This document shows, piece by piece, positions 9,898 through 18,162 of a stretch of 64,000 nucleotides of DNA. The notes below the pieces were generated by a model. The model saw only the letters and a list, made by a program, of their open reading frames with translations. It searched no databases and was not told where the DNA came from. Numbering within the stretch: the first letter of the stretch is position 1; every line of letters starts with the position of its first letter. Origin of the DNA: Candidatus Binataceae bacterium (GTDB taxonomy: Bacteria > Desulfobacterota > Binatia > Binatales > Binataceae). The stretch spans positions 4,220-68,219 of the forward strand of contig DATKSQ010000092.1 of assembly GCA_035531615.1 (NCBI GenBank). The letters are read 5' to 3'. The translations under genes were made by a program, and so were the position numbers.

Positions 9898-10712
9898 CGC
9901 GTCGGCTTCTCAAAATAGACCACGTGCTGGCGGCCCACGTCGTCATCGATAGTCGCGCGCCTTGCTATCGGCTCGGCCACAATCTTTGTGAAGCCCGCCG
10001 AGCCGGCCAGCTCCGCCATTTCAGCCGGTGTGAACGTCACCATCCGGAGCTTGAGCCATTTCTCCCATCCCGTAAGCTCGCCCTGATTTAAGGCGGCGGC
10101 GGTATCGCCGGCCATAAAATGGCACACGCCGACACCGCCTGGCTTCAATACCCGATGAAGGCCTTTGAATACCGCACGGGTCAGTTTCTTGTCCAGATGT
10201 TGCAGCACGGCAATTGAATAGACAAAATCGATTTCCTCGTCCGGAACACATGTAATATTGGGGTCGCGGCTTACGCGGTAACTGATGTTCGGCGCTGCGT
10301 TGAGCACTTGCGCGCAGGCAATCACGCCGCGCGAGACGTCCACCCCAATCACTTGCCCGGCGAACTCGCTCACCGCTTTTGCCAGGTAGCCTGGGCCGCA
10401 CCCAAAATCGAGCAGGGACATCCCAGGGACCAGCGACGGTCTGATCAGGTTCGCGCAGATTGCGCGGCGTGACGCGACGTTTCGATTGAATTCCCGCTCC
10501 AGCACATCGATGCGTGCGGCGCCCACAGGATGGTCCGAAAAATGCGGGCTGAGTCCGAGCAATCGGATCGCAAGGTTGCGTCTGCGATGGATCGGCGCTG
10601 CCGCGAGCATCAACGGCACCACTGGCCGGTCAAGAAACGCTTGCTGTCTCGACAGCAAGGGAATGAGCGCTCGGCCGAGAATCTGGCCGGGCGATTTGCC
10701 GCCTAATCTCAC
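9894..10712 (-). CDS. Class I SAM-dependent methyltransferase
   Basis: LLDFGCGPG, GVDVS, VLQHL, LKPGG; GTG start downstream of GGAGG. Confidence 0.85.
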   Translation of the reverse strand: MRLGGKSPGQILGRALIPLLSRQQAFLDRPVVPLMLAAAPIHRRRNLAIRLLGLSPHFSDHPVGAARIDVLEREFNRNVASRRAICANLIRPSLVPGMSLLDFGCGPGYLAKAVSEFAGQVIGVDVSRGVIACAQVLNAAPNISYRVSRDPNITCVPDEEIDFVYSIAVLQHLDKKLTRAVFKGLHRVLKPGGVGVCHFMAGDTAAALNQGELTGWEKWLKLRMVTFTPAEMAELAGSAGFTKIVAEPIARRATIDDDVGRQHVVYFEKPTR

Positions 10713-10716
10713 TTCG

Positions 10717-11808
10717 CTAATAGTCCTCCGTTCGTGATTGCCCATCGGGCGGGCCATTTTTCCAGATGGATTGCGGCCGAGGCTGCGCCGCGGCAAGAAT
10801 TTCCGCCAGCCGGTCGGCATAGGTATTCCGCCCCTGCGTAATGCGCCGCAAGCCGGCCGCCGCGACGGCGCGCCGAGTATCGTCACGTGGCAGCCAGTCG
10901 CGAATTTTTCCGGTCATCTCATCGGGAGTGCTGAAGAACGCCGCCTCCCGATCCTCGGCGAACAATTCCTGATGCGTGTCCGTCCTCTCCGCCAGCACAA
11001 AGCCGCCGCAGGCCGGCAGCTCGAAGGTCCGCATGACATGGTCGTCGTGATTCGCGCGCCGGACCAAATTTACCGCGATCTTGGCGCCGCCAACCGCGAG
11101 CCGGAAATCGCGCCCGACCGCGTTTCCGCGCCAATACGGCCGCAGCTTCGGATAGCGGCCCCAATAGCCGCCGTACAGATGCAGGCGCAGCTCTGGAATC
11201 TCGCGGATTAGAGTCTCGAAGTAGGGGGCGCGGTCAGCATCGCCGCCCCCGATAAACGTCACATCGCAATCAAACCGCCGCCGCTCTTCGTCGGTGGCGG
11301 GCGGTTCAGGGAAATGCACCTGCGGCATATAACCGAAACGGACGTAAGCGACATTGCCGCATCCGGCCCGGCGCACGTCGTCCATGATCGCGCGCTTGGT
11401 GCATACGTAAAGATCGTACAGCGGTATCGATTCGATCAGTTCGCGGGTGCTGTTGGCCGGATTAAACGGATCGTCGGTGGCCCAGTTGATCAGGGTCGCG
11501 CCGGATGCCTCCCGGACGGCGGCGAGCGTGCCGGGTGCGAAGTAGGCGCCCTTGCCGATTAGCACCAAATCTGGGCGGATACGCCGCGCCTCGGCGACGA
11601 GCGCGGCGTTGAGCGCGCGATAACCGATTGGATGCCCGAGGATCCGACGTGCGACGCGGCTCGGGATCGAGGGCCGCGCGCCGAGATATTTTGCTTCATC
11701 GAAAAACACGAACTCGCATTCCCCGCGCGCCGCCATCGCCCCGAGCCCTTCGATAAAGTGCGCGCTCAAGGGCAGAAACGCGCTCGTCTCAGCGTACAGA
11801 ATTCGCAT
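10717..11808 (-). CDS. CgeB-like glycosyltransferase (Glyco_trans_1_2 type)
   Basis: MRILYAE, WATDDPF, DVTFIGG, MRTFELPACGGFVL. Confidence 0.8.
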   Translation of the reverse strand: MRILYAETSAFLPLSAHFIEGLGAMAARGECEFVFFDEAKYLGARPSIPSRVARRILGHPIGYRALNAALVAEARRIRPDLVLIGKGAYFAPGTLAAVREASGATLINWATDDPFNPANSTRELIESIPLYDLYVCTKRAIMDDVRRAGCGNVAYVRFGYMPQVHFPEPPATDEERRRFDCDVTFIGGGDADRAPYFETLIREIPELRLHLYGGYWGRYPKLRPYWRGNAVGRDFRLAVGGAKIAVNLVRRANHDDHVMRTFELPACGGFVLAERTDTHQELFAEDREAAFFSTPDEMTGKIRDWLPRDDTRRAVAAAGLRRITQGRNTYADRLAEILAAAQPRPQSIWKNGPPDGQSRTEDY

Positions 11809-12964
11809 CGGCTTGATTGAGGCGGCGTCCCGCGAGCGCGGTCTGATACATCGCCGCCATCCGCTCGCCGTAGCTGCTCCATCCGCCGAGCGACTGCACC
11901 CGCGCCAGCGCCGCGGCGCCCATCGCGTCACGAATGTCAGGATGCTCGTGCAGGAAGACCAGCTTGTCCGCTATCGCGGCTGCGTCACGAATCGGGACGA
12001 TAAAACCCTCGATACGGTCGGTGAAAAGGTCTTCGGCTCCCGTGTTCGTGGTCGCAATCACCGGAACGCCGCACGCCATCGCCTGCGCCATGACCAGCCC
12101 AAAGCCGTCCTCTATCGATGGAAGCACGAGGACCGAGGCCTGCGAGTAGTGCCCCGCCAGTTCGCCGCGTGGAAGTACGCCCAGATGGCGCAGTGGAACC
12201 CCGCAATTCCCCACCGTCTTTTTCGTATCGTCGTCCATAGATCCGATCAGCACCAGATCGAGGCCCGCAATCGCGGCGCGCTTCGCGGCTTCGAGCAGGT
12301 AGGCGATTCCCTTGCGGATCGATATCGATCCCACGAACAGGATGCGGAAGACCGAGTCGCGCTTCGGCATCGGATGGAACATCGAGAGATCGACGCCGTA
12401 GGGATTAAGCCGCAGCTTTTCGCGCGGCACGCCATATTCGAGGAACGAGCGCATCGCGAAGCTGGAGGGCACGCTGATCAAATCGCAGAATTCGTATTCG
12501 GCGAGTTCGCGATCGAGGATGCGCTGATCCGTGCCGCGAAACGGAATATCGAAGCGCGCGTATTCCTCGCGCAGAATCTCATTCTGAAACACTATGTGCG
12601 ACGAGCCGCGATCGCATACGGTCAGCGCGCCGTGGCGCGCGCGCGCCGCGCGATGGCTCTCAAGCCCAAACGAAGACAGGCAATGAAAGACCTCGCACGG
12701 CTCGACCCGCGCGGCCATCCAGCGGTCAAAGGTCTCGATCGCACGCATGTTCAGCCGCTCGCGCAAGCCCAGCATCCCGAACCGTCCCGCGATAGTCGCG
12801 GGTCCCATCAACCATGGAAAGGTACTGACTTTCCCGGCCGGCAATCCGTCAACCTTGAAGCGCGGATAGGCGGTATATAGCCGCGCCAGATGCCCGAGGC
12901 GCTCCATCTGCCGCGCCAGATCGAACGCCCAAAACGGCGCAGCGCTGGCAACTGCGACTTTGAT
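11789..12964 (-). CDS. GT4 glycosyltransferase; start uncertain (ATC 12964 aligns with the ATG of the duplicated stub)
   Basis: LFVGSISIRKG, PSIEDGFGLVMAQAMACG. Upstream in-frame ATGs at 13036/13057 overlap the start region of the divergent gene. Confidence 0.88.
   Translation of the reverse strand: MKVAVASAAPFWAFDLARQMERLGHLARLYTAYPRFKVDGLPAGKVSTFPWLMGPATIAGRFGMLGLRERLNMRAIETFDRWMAARVEPCEVFHCLSSFGLESHRAARARHGALTVCDRGSSHIVFQNEILREEYARFDIPFRGTDQRILDRELAEYEFCDLISVPSSFAMRSFLEYGVPREKLRLNPYGVDLSMFHPMPKRDSVFRILFVGSISIRKGIAYLLEAAKRAAIAGLDLVLIGSMDDDTKKTVGNCGVPLRHLGVLPRGELAGHYSQASVLVLPSIEDGFGLVMAQAMACGVPVIATTNTGAEDLFTDRIEGFIVPIRDAAAIADKLVFLHEHPDIRDAMGAAALARVQSLGGWSSYGERMAAMYQTALAGRRLNQADANSVR
12840..12964. 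repeat. Direct repeat copy 1 (5' end of GT4 gene)
   Basis: 125 bp, 15 mismatches against 14026..14150 by manual alignment (~88%). Confidence 0.95.
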
Positions 12965-13038
12965 CCGTGGGCATTGCGCGTTGCCTTTCGGGGAGGCAAC
13001 TTGACTTGCTTCCGCCAACGTTCCTAGGCTCCCCATCA

Positions 13039-14055
13039 ATGGATTCCCAACTGGCATCGGCGTTGGTCTGTCCGCGGGACCACTCCCCTCTGGAAACCTC
13101 CGGCCGCGCGCTGCGATGCGAAAGCGGCCACAGCTACCCGGTCATAGACGAAATTCCGGTCATGCTGCTGGACGATAGGGGGCAGACCCTGGGGGTCGCA
13201 AACGATGCGCTTCGCGAAGCTGCGCAATCGGAATCGGATTCGCCCGGCGAGCGACCGCTCGAACCAGAAGAGGTTGATAGTTACGTAGCGCACGCGATTG
13301 CCGCGACCGGGGGATTCTTTTACCTGCCGCTCATCGGGTCGCTTTCCGCGTATCCGATCCCGGCGCTCCGCCTGCCACCGGCATCGGGATCCCGCTTTCT
13401 CGACCTGGGATGTAATTGGGGGCGATGGTGTATTGCTGCGTCGCGGCTCGGATACGAGCCGTTCGGAATAGACCCCAGTCTCGACGGCGTGCGGGCAGCG
13501 CGCCGCGTGGCGAGCCAGCTCGGCGTCGCGGCTCACTACGCAGTTGCCGACGCGCGGTTTCTCCCATTCGCCGACGATAGTTTTGGGGTCGTGCATTCCT
13601 ACAGCGTGCTGCAGCATTTCAGCAAAGCCGACGCGAGGACCGCATTCACTGAGGCGGCGCGCGTTCTGCGCGCCGGAGGGACGGCGCTGGTTCAGATGCC
13701 GAACGTAATCGGTATCCGCAATTTGTATCATCAGGTGCGCCGTGGATTCCGCGAGCCGACCGGATTTGAAGTTCGATATTGGACACCGCGCGAGCTGCGC
13801 CAAACCGGTGAGAGTCTGATCGGACCGACCGAGATCTCCATCGATGGATTCTTCAGCCTGAACCCGCAACCCAATCAACTCCTTCCGCTGCGGTTTCGCA
13901 TGATCACAGGAGCATCGGAAATTTTGCGCCACACCGCCGAGTATATTCATCCGCTGCTTTATGCCGCCGATAGTCTGTACCTGACCGCTATAAAGACGCA
14001 GCACCATCAGCGCGATCGCTCCGCGGGCAATCCGTCCACCTTGAAGCGCGGATAG
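13039..14055 (+). CDS. Trm112-like domain fused to class I SAM methyltransferase (inverted relative to the operon)
   Basis: LVCPRDH..LRCESGHSYPVIDEIPVML followed by FLDLGCNWGRW and ADARFLPF; the only plus-strand gene in 1-37 kb. Confidence 0.88.
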   Translation: MDSQLASALVCPRDHSPLETSGRALRCESGHSYPVIDEIPVMLLDDRGQTLGVANDALREAAQSESDSPGERPLEPEEVDSYVAHAIAATGGFFYLPLIGSLSAYPIPALRLPPASGSRFLDLGCNWGRWCIAASRLGYEPFGIDPSLDGVRAARRVASQLGVAAHYAVADARFLPFADDSFGVVHSYSVLQHFSKADARTAFTEAARVLRAGGTALVQMPNVIGIRNLYHQVRRGFREPTGFEVRYWTPRELRQTGESLIGPTEISIDGFFSLNPQPNQLLPLRFRMITGASEILRHTAEYIHPLLYAADSLYLTAIKTQHHQRDRSAGNPSTLKRG

Positions 14056-14150
14056 GCGGTATAGAGGCGCGTCAGATGCCCGAGCCGCTCCATCTGCCGC
14101 GCCAGGTCGAACGCCCATAGCCGCCCCGCACTGGCTACTACGACTTTCAT
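14007..14150 (-). pseudogene. GT4 N-terminal stub (47 aa)
   Basis: MKVVVASAGRLWAFDLARQMERLGHLTRLYTAYPRFKVDGLPAERSR*. The ATG overlaps the upstream stop (ATGA). Homologous to the N-terminus of 11789..12964. Confidence 0.9.
14026..14150. repeat. Direct repeat copy 2 (5' end of GT4 gene)
   Basis: Aligns colinearly with 12840..12964 at an offset of 1186 bp. Confidence 0.95.
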
Positions 14151-15103
14151 GGATTCACGGCTTGCGCGGTGCGCACGCGCAGATAGATCGAGGAGGGAAA
14201 GTGGCTTTCTGGGTCATCGAAGAGAGGACTACCCGCACCGCGCAATCCATTTTCGGCCGGCTGTGGGTGATAATCCGGAAATACTTCTTGCAGGAGGCCA
14301 GGCCGATCGTAATGAAGCTGGGAGAGACAGAACGTAATCTCAACGCCGCGATTGCCGATCAGGAATGCATGCAGCAGCGCCGTTTCCTGCCACTGGAAGA
14401 AGGTTCGCAGCGCATCGCGCGGATAGTCGTAAGGCAGAAAAATATCGTGGAAGTGAACCACGACTCCCGGCTTAAGCCGCGGCAGCACCTCGAGGATCAG
14501 GAAGTTCGCGTCGCTGCCGGTCTTAACCGCGTGCGACGAGTCGATGAACAGGAAATCTCCGTCGCCAAGCGCCTCGAACAAATCGAAGGGGACCGCCTGC
14601 ACCGGTTTTTCTATCAGCGCCACCTGCGCGCCTTTAAGCCACGCGCTTGGATAGGGCTCTACGCAAGTGATCGCGCATCGCACGCCATTGCGCGCGGCGG
14701 CTTGCAGGATGCAATAGGTCGAGACCCCCGAACCCACCTCGACGATACGCTTTGGCTTGAGACTGCGGACGACGCAATGGAGCGCCTGCGCCTCTATATA
14801 CCCGTAGCCTGGTCCGCAGCCGGCTGAAAGGGCGCTAAAGTAATGGGGGTTGCCGTGAACCTCGGTTGCATACGGAGCGCAAATCTCACGCAACCGCGCG
14901 GCCTGCTGATCCAGGTCGGTCTCAACCCCCGCGAGCTGCGAGGGCTTGGCCCAAATATCCTTGCTCTTGGCGAGCTGAATAACGTCAGGAAAATCGATAT
15001 AGTAATGATTCGGAAGGACAACGGCCCCGCACCGCAGCCCGAGCTTATGGATTGAGAATAGCAACTCCTTGGCCCGGTTCTTGAGTTTTCGCTTAATCGA
15101 CAT
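14147..15103 (-). CDS. Class I SAM methyltransferase (Methyltransf_24-like)
   Basis: IVEVGSGVST, LFIDSSH.VKTGSD, LKPGVVVHFHDIFLPYDYP. Confidence 0.88.
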   Translation of the reverse strand: MSIKRKLKNRAKELLFSIHKLGLRCGAVVLPNHYYIDFPDVIQLAKSKDIWAKPSQLAGVETDLDQQAARLREICAPYATEVHGNPHYFSALSAGCGPGYGYIEAQALHCVVRSLKPKRIVEVGSGVSTYCILQAAARNGVRCAITCVEPYPSAWLKGAQVALIEKPVQAVPFDLFEALGDGDFLFIDSSHAVKTGSDANFLILEVLPRLKPGVVVHFHDIFLPYDYPRDALRTFFQWQETALLHAFLIGNRGVEITFCLSQLHYDRPGLLQEVFPDYHPQPAENGLRGAGSPLFDDPESHFPSSIYLRVRTAQAVNP

Positions 15104-15105
15104 CG

Positions 15106-15237
15106 CTATGCGCGTTTCCCAGCGACGATGGCGATGCGCAGATGGCGGCGCAGCCAGCGCAGGCGGTCATAGACCATCGGATCGCCCTGGATAAACATCG
15201 CGCGCCATCCGAGGAGGCGAATCAGCGGGTCAGTCAT
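15106..15237 (-). pseudogene. MTDP stub copy C (43 aa truncated gene start)
   Basis: MTDPLIRLLGWRAMFIQGDPMVYDRLRWLRRHLRIAIVAGKRA*; the stop lies 2 nt before the next ATG. Confidence 0.75.
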
Positions 15238-15302
15238 GGGAGCACCGGCATCATTGCTTGCGGGCGGTGCCTTGGCTGGTGAAATCGCATCGCTCCAGGC
15301 CC
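15178..15302. repeat. Direct repeat (3' end of the 17365 gene + spacer + MTDP start), copy C
   Basis: About 10 mismatches over 116 bp against 17292..17407; offset 2114 bp. Confidence 0.95.
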
Positions 15303-15331
15303 ATGTCTGCGCTTTTTCATCGAAATCACGC

Positions 15332-16219
15332 TCAGCCGTTCGCAGAGGCTGGTTTGGCAAGAATATCCGCGACGAGGTCCGGCCGCGCTCGGTTCGCGGG
15401 ACTCAGCGGCAGCTCACTGCCATCTTTCAAGAGATTATAAAATTCGTATTCAGCAATGCTCCGCAGGTACCCGACGACGTCATCCTGGGTGTATCCGAAC
15501 CGCTCGCTGTTGATGTCGCTCTCGAAGACAATCACTGGGCGATGAGAAGCGAGGGTCTTATGCGCGCCCTGAAACGCCGCCAACTCGCCGCCCTCGATAT
15601 CGATCTTGATCACATCAGGTGGCGGAATCTCGCCACTCGCCACCATTTCGTCGATCGTGGCCGCAGGGCACACCAAGGCTCTTGAACGCTTTTCGCGGGC
15701 GACCGCGGAGGCATGTATCTGATGTGATCCAATGAAGAGACGGCCCGAACCTGGCGTATTTCCAAGCATGACTGGGAGCACTTTCAATCGGCGGAAGGCG
15801 TTCAGGCCAGCCGACCGGGCGATCGCGAGCGCGAGATCCGGTTGGGGCTCGACCGCAATCACAAAAACCTGATCGTTAAAGAATCGCGCGACTTCGACCG
15901 ACATGTAACCTACGTTCGCCCCGATGTCGTAGAAGACCTTGTCTTTTCCGAGATAGCGAGCGCAGGCAAGAAAGACGTGGTAGTCCCACGACCCGCCGTT
16001 GTTCAGAAGATTTGCGAATACGTCGAAACTCCTGGAGGTTACCGCCAGCTTGCCCCCGTGTTTCGTCGGTACCCACTGATTGCCATCGGTGGAAAAACGC
16101 CCGGCCAAACGTGGAAACCATCCTTTGCCCCGGGGAACGTACTTTGCCCAGAGGCGGGCCAAGTCGAGCGCAAGACCGATATTTCCTTTGTCAGGCGTGT
16201 TCGATTTTTCGATGTTCAT
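15332..16219 (-). CDS. FkbM-family methyltransferase
   Basis: VFYDIGANVGY, AVEPQP, VIKIDIEGGE. Confidence 0.92.
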   Translation of the reverse strand: MNIEKSNTPDKGNIGLALDLARLWAKYVPRGKGWFPRLAGRFSTDGNQWVPTKHGGKLAVTSRSFDVFANLLNNGGSWDYHVFLACARYLGKDKVFYDIGANVGYMSVEVARFFNDQVFVIAVEPQPDLALAIARSAGLNAFRRLKVLPVMLGNTPGSGRLFIGSHQIHASAVAREKRSRALVCPAATIDEMVASGEIPPPDVIKIDIEGGELAAFQGAHKTLASHRPVIVFESDINSERFGYTQDDVVGYLRSIAEYEFYNLLKDGSELPLSPANRARPDLVADILAKPASANG

Positions 16220-16227
16220 CGTCAGAC

Positions 16228-16317
16228 TCAGTTAACCCAAGCGGGGTAAACAAGCCGGAGGAGTTCCGGCCGCGCTGGAACGCGCCACCCGAGGACGCGA
16301 ATCAGCGGGTCAGTCAT
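16228..16317 (-). pseudogene. MTDP stub copy B (29 aa)
   Basis: MTDPLIRVLGWRVPARPELLRLVYPAWVN*; 16281..16319 matches copies A and C at 37/39 nt. Confidence 0.75.
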
Positions 16318-16342
16318 GGATTCAATCAATCGGGCAACCCAC

Positions 16343-17272
16343 TCAGACTCTGCCGGCCCCGCCGCAAGGCCAGAAGGCGGCAAGATGCTCCGGCGGCACG
16401 ATCAGCACCTCGCACTCGGTGAAACCGGGTTCGGCCCGGAAACGCGCGAGCGAATGGGCAAATTGAGATCTGCCGGTAACCCCAAATACCGTCGCGCCGT
16501 CATAGAAGCACGAACGAAGCCCGGCCTCGCCGCCCAATTCGTTTAGCCCCGGCTCCGAGAGCTCCAGCAAGACGAACGGGCGATCGCGCGCGAAAACCGC
16601 CTTGAGGCCGCGAAGGACGGCAGGCTCAAAGCCCTCTACATCGATCTTGAAGATCCCAACGCCGGAGATTCCCTTCTCAGCCAGGAACTCGCTGGCTTGC
16701 CTGACCTCGATTGGAATGGAGGCGCGCGCGTTGCCGCCATGCGTCGCGAGAAAGGAGCCGGTCCCCTCGTTAACCGTGCATGGCGGAAAATACGCCATGG
16801 TCTCGTCCCGATCGCCGAGCGCGGTCTCAAATAAGGTGGCGTTTGCGATGTGGTTCAGTTCAATCTTTTCACGGGCACGCCGCAGGACGGACCCGTTCGG
16901 GTCAAACCCGTACAACTCATCGGCAAGGCCGCTCATAAGCAGCAGGTGATGACCGACGTTGACGCCGATATCCACATACACGACGCGCCGGCCGCGGCGG
17001 CGAAGATAACGGGCCGCGCGATCAAGGACGCTGAGCTCGGAGGGCGCGTGAGCTCCGTAAAGCAGCACGACCCAGTCGAGATAGTTCTTGGTATTTCCGC
17101 GGTAGCGTAAGCCGAAAAAGTCCACCTCGAAAGGCAGATCATAGCCCCGGTCGGGATTTAGGATCATAAACAAGAGCCGGTTTTGCCCCCTGAGTATCCA
17201 GCGTTGATGGCCTAGCCATCTCGCGAATCGAACCCGCAAGGGGAATTGGTTGGCGAATTTATCGTCAGGCAT
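16343..17272 (-). CDS. FkbM-family methyltransferase
   Basis: YVDIGVNVGHH, GFDPN, FKIDVEGFE. Confidence 0.92.
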   Translation of the reverse strand: MPDDKFANQFPLRVRFARWLGHQRWILRGQNRLLFMILNPDRGYDLPFEVDFFGLRYRGNTKNYLDWVVLLYGAHAPSELSVLDRAARYLRRRGRRVVYVDIGVNVGHHLLLMSGLADELYGFDPNGSVLRRAREKIELNHIANATLFETALGDRDETMAYFPPCTVNEGTGSFLATHGGNARASIPIEVRQASEFLAEKGISGVGIFKIDVEGFEPAVLRGLKAVFARDRPFVLLELSEPGLNELGGEAGLRSCFYDGATVFGVTGRSQFAHSLARFRAEPGFTECEVLIVPPEHLAAFWPCGGAGRV

Positions 17273-17351
17273 TATCAACCCCGAACCAAACCGGATCGCC
17301 CTGGATAAACATCGCGCGCCATCCGAGGACGCGAATCATCGGGTCAGTCAT
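17265..17351 (-). pseudogene. MTDP stub copy A (28 aa)
   Basis: MTDPMIRVLGWRAMFIQGDPVWFGVDNA*; its end overlaps the ATG of the FkbM gene. Confidence 0.75.
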
Positions 17352-17415
17352 GGGGATGTCGGCATCACTGCTTGCGGGCGGCGCCCTGGCTGGTGAAATC
17401 GCATCGCGCGAGGCC
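17292..17415. repeat. Direct repeat copy A (gene end + spacer + MTDP start)
   Basis: Colinear with 15178..15302. Confidence 0.95.
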
Positions 17416-18162
17416 GTGCGCGCTGCAGAAGTCCGGCCAGGCGGAATGGCCTAGGATATCGTCGCTCCACATCACGCCGCCCGGCCTCAGAAATGGCAGC
17501 GCAGTCTCGAATTCCCACATCATGTGGTCGTAGGAGTGGTCGCTGTCATGGATGAATATGTCGATCGAGCCGAGCGACTGGAGCAGCGGCGGCAGTTTCT
17601 CGCGCGCGTCGCCTGACACTACAGTATGGCGTTCAAGCAGGGCGCCGGGAATCGCCCATCCCGAGGTCAGGCCATCAGGGGTGAAGGAGTGGCCCTCGGC
17701 GGGATTCAGCTCGCGGCCGTCCGCGGGCGGCGGGGCGAGATCGACGGTCCATAGATGGCCGGCGGCGTTGCGATCGAGCGCGCGCAGGATAAAGGCCGAG
17801 GACTTGCCGGGGGTGCCTCCAGTCTCGACGATTTTTTCGGGGCGCATGATCCGGGTCAGCGCATAGAGCGCCACGCATGAGAAGAACATCGTATTGCCGT
17901 CGGGGGCGACCATGAAGTCAGTCGGCAGCGGGAAATAGTTTACGTGCTCGCGATAGCGGCCTCGGACGTCGGCGGTGAACTCGCGATCGTTTTCGATCTC
18001 GCGGCAGAAGCGGTCGGCCTCGGCGGATGAGGAGCCGGTAAGGCGGGCGAGTGAATCGTTGCGCACGCGCCGGAACTTTCCATATTGGAGCATCAATCGC
18101 GCGCGATTGACGATAGTGCGTGGCCGGCGGATCGCGATTCCAGCCGCTTCAATCCAATTCAT
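17365..18162 (-). CDS. Class I SAM methyltransferase (Methyltransf_24-like)
   Basis: IVETGGTPGKSS, DIFIHDSDHSY.HM.WE, LRPGG..WSDD. Confidence 0.88.
   Translation of the reverse strand: MNWIEAAGIAIRRPRTIVNRARLMLQYGKFRRVRNDSLARLTGSSSAEADRFCREIENDREFTADVRGRYREHVNYFPLPTDFMVAPDGNTMFFSCVALYALTRIMRPEKIVETGGTPGKSSAFILRALDRNAAGHLWTVDLAPPPADGRELNPAEGHSFTPDGLTSGWAIPGALLERHTVVSGDAREKLPPLLQSLGSIDIFIHDSDHSYDHMMWEFETALPFLRPGGVMWSDDILGHSAWPDFCSAHGLARCDFTSQGAARKQ

Noticed and set aside
14007-17351. Integron-like cassette array
   Set aside because: No integrase, no attC-like palindromes and no consistent GTTRRRY core at the breakpoints.
12840-17415. Diversity-generating retroelement TR/VR pairs (repeats of ~120 bp)
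   Set aside because: Mismatches are not adenine-specific on either strand, and no reverse transcriptase is present in the window.
15178-17415. CRISPR array
   Set aside because: Only three degenerate copies about 1 kb apart, made of coding sequence; no cas genes.
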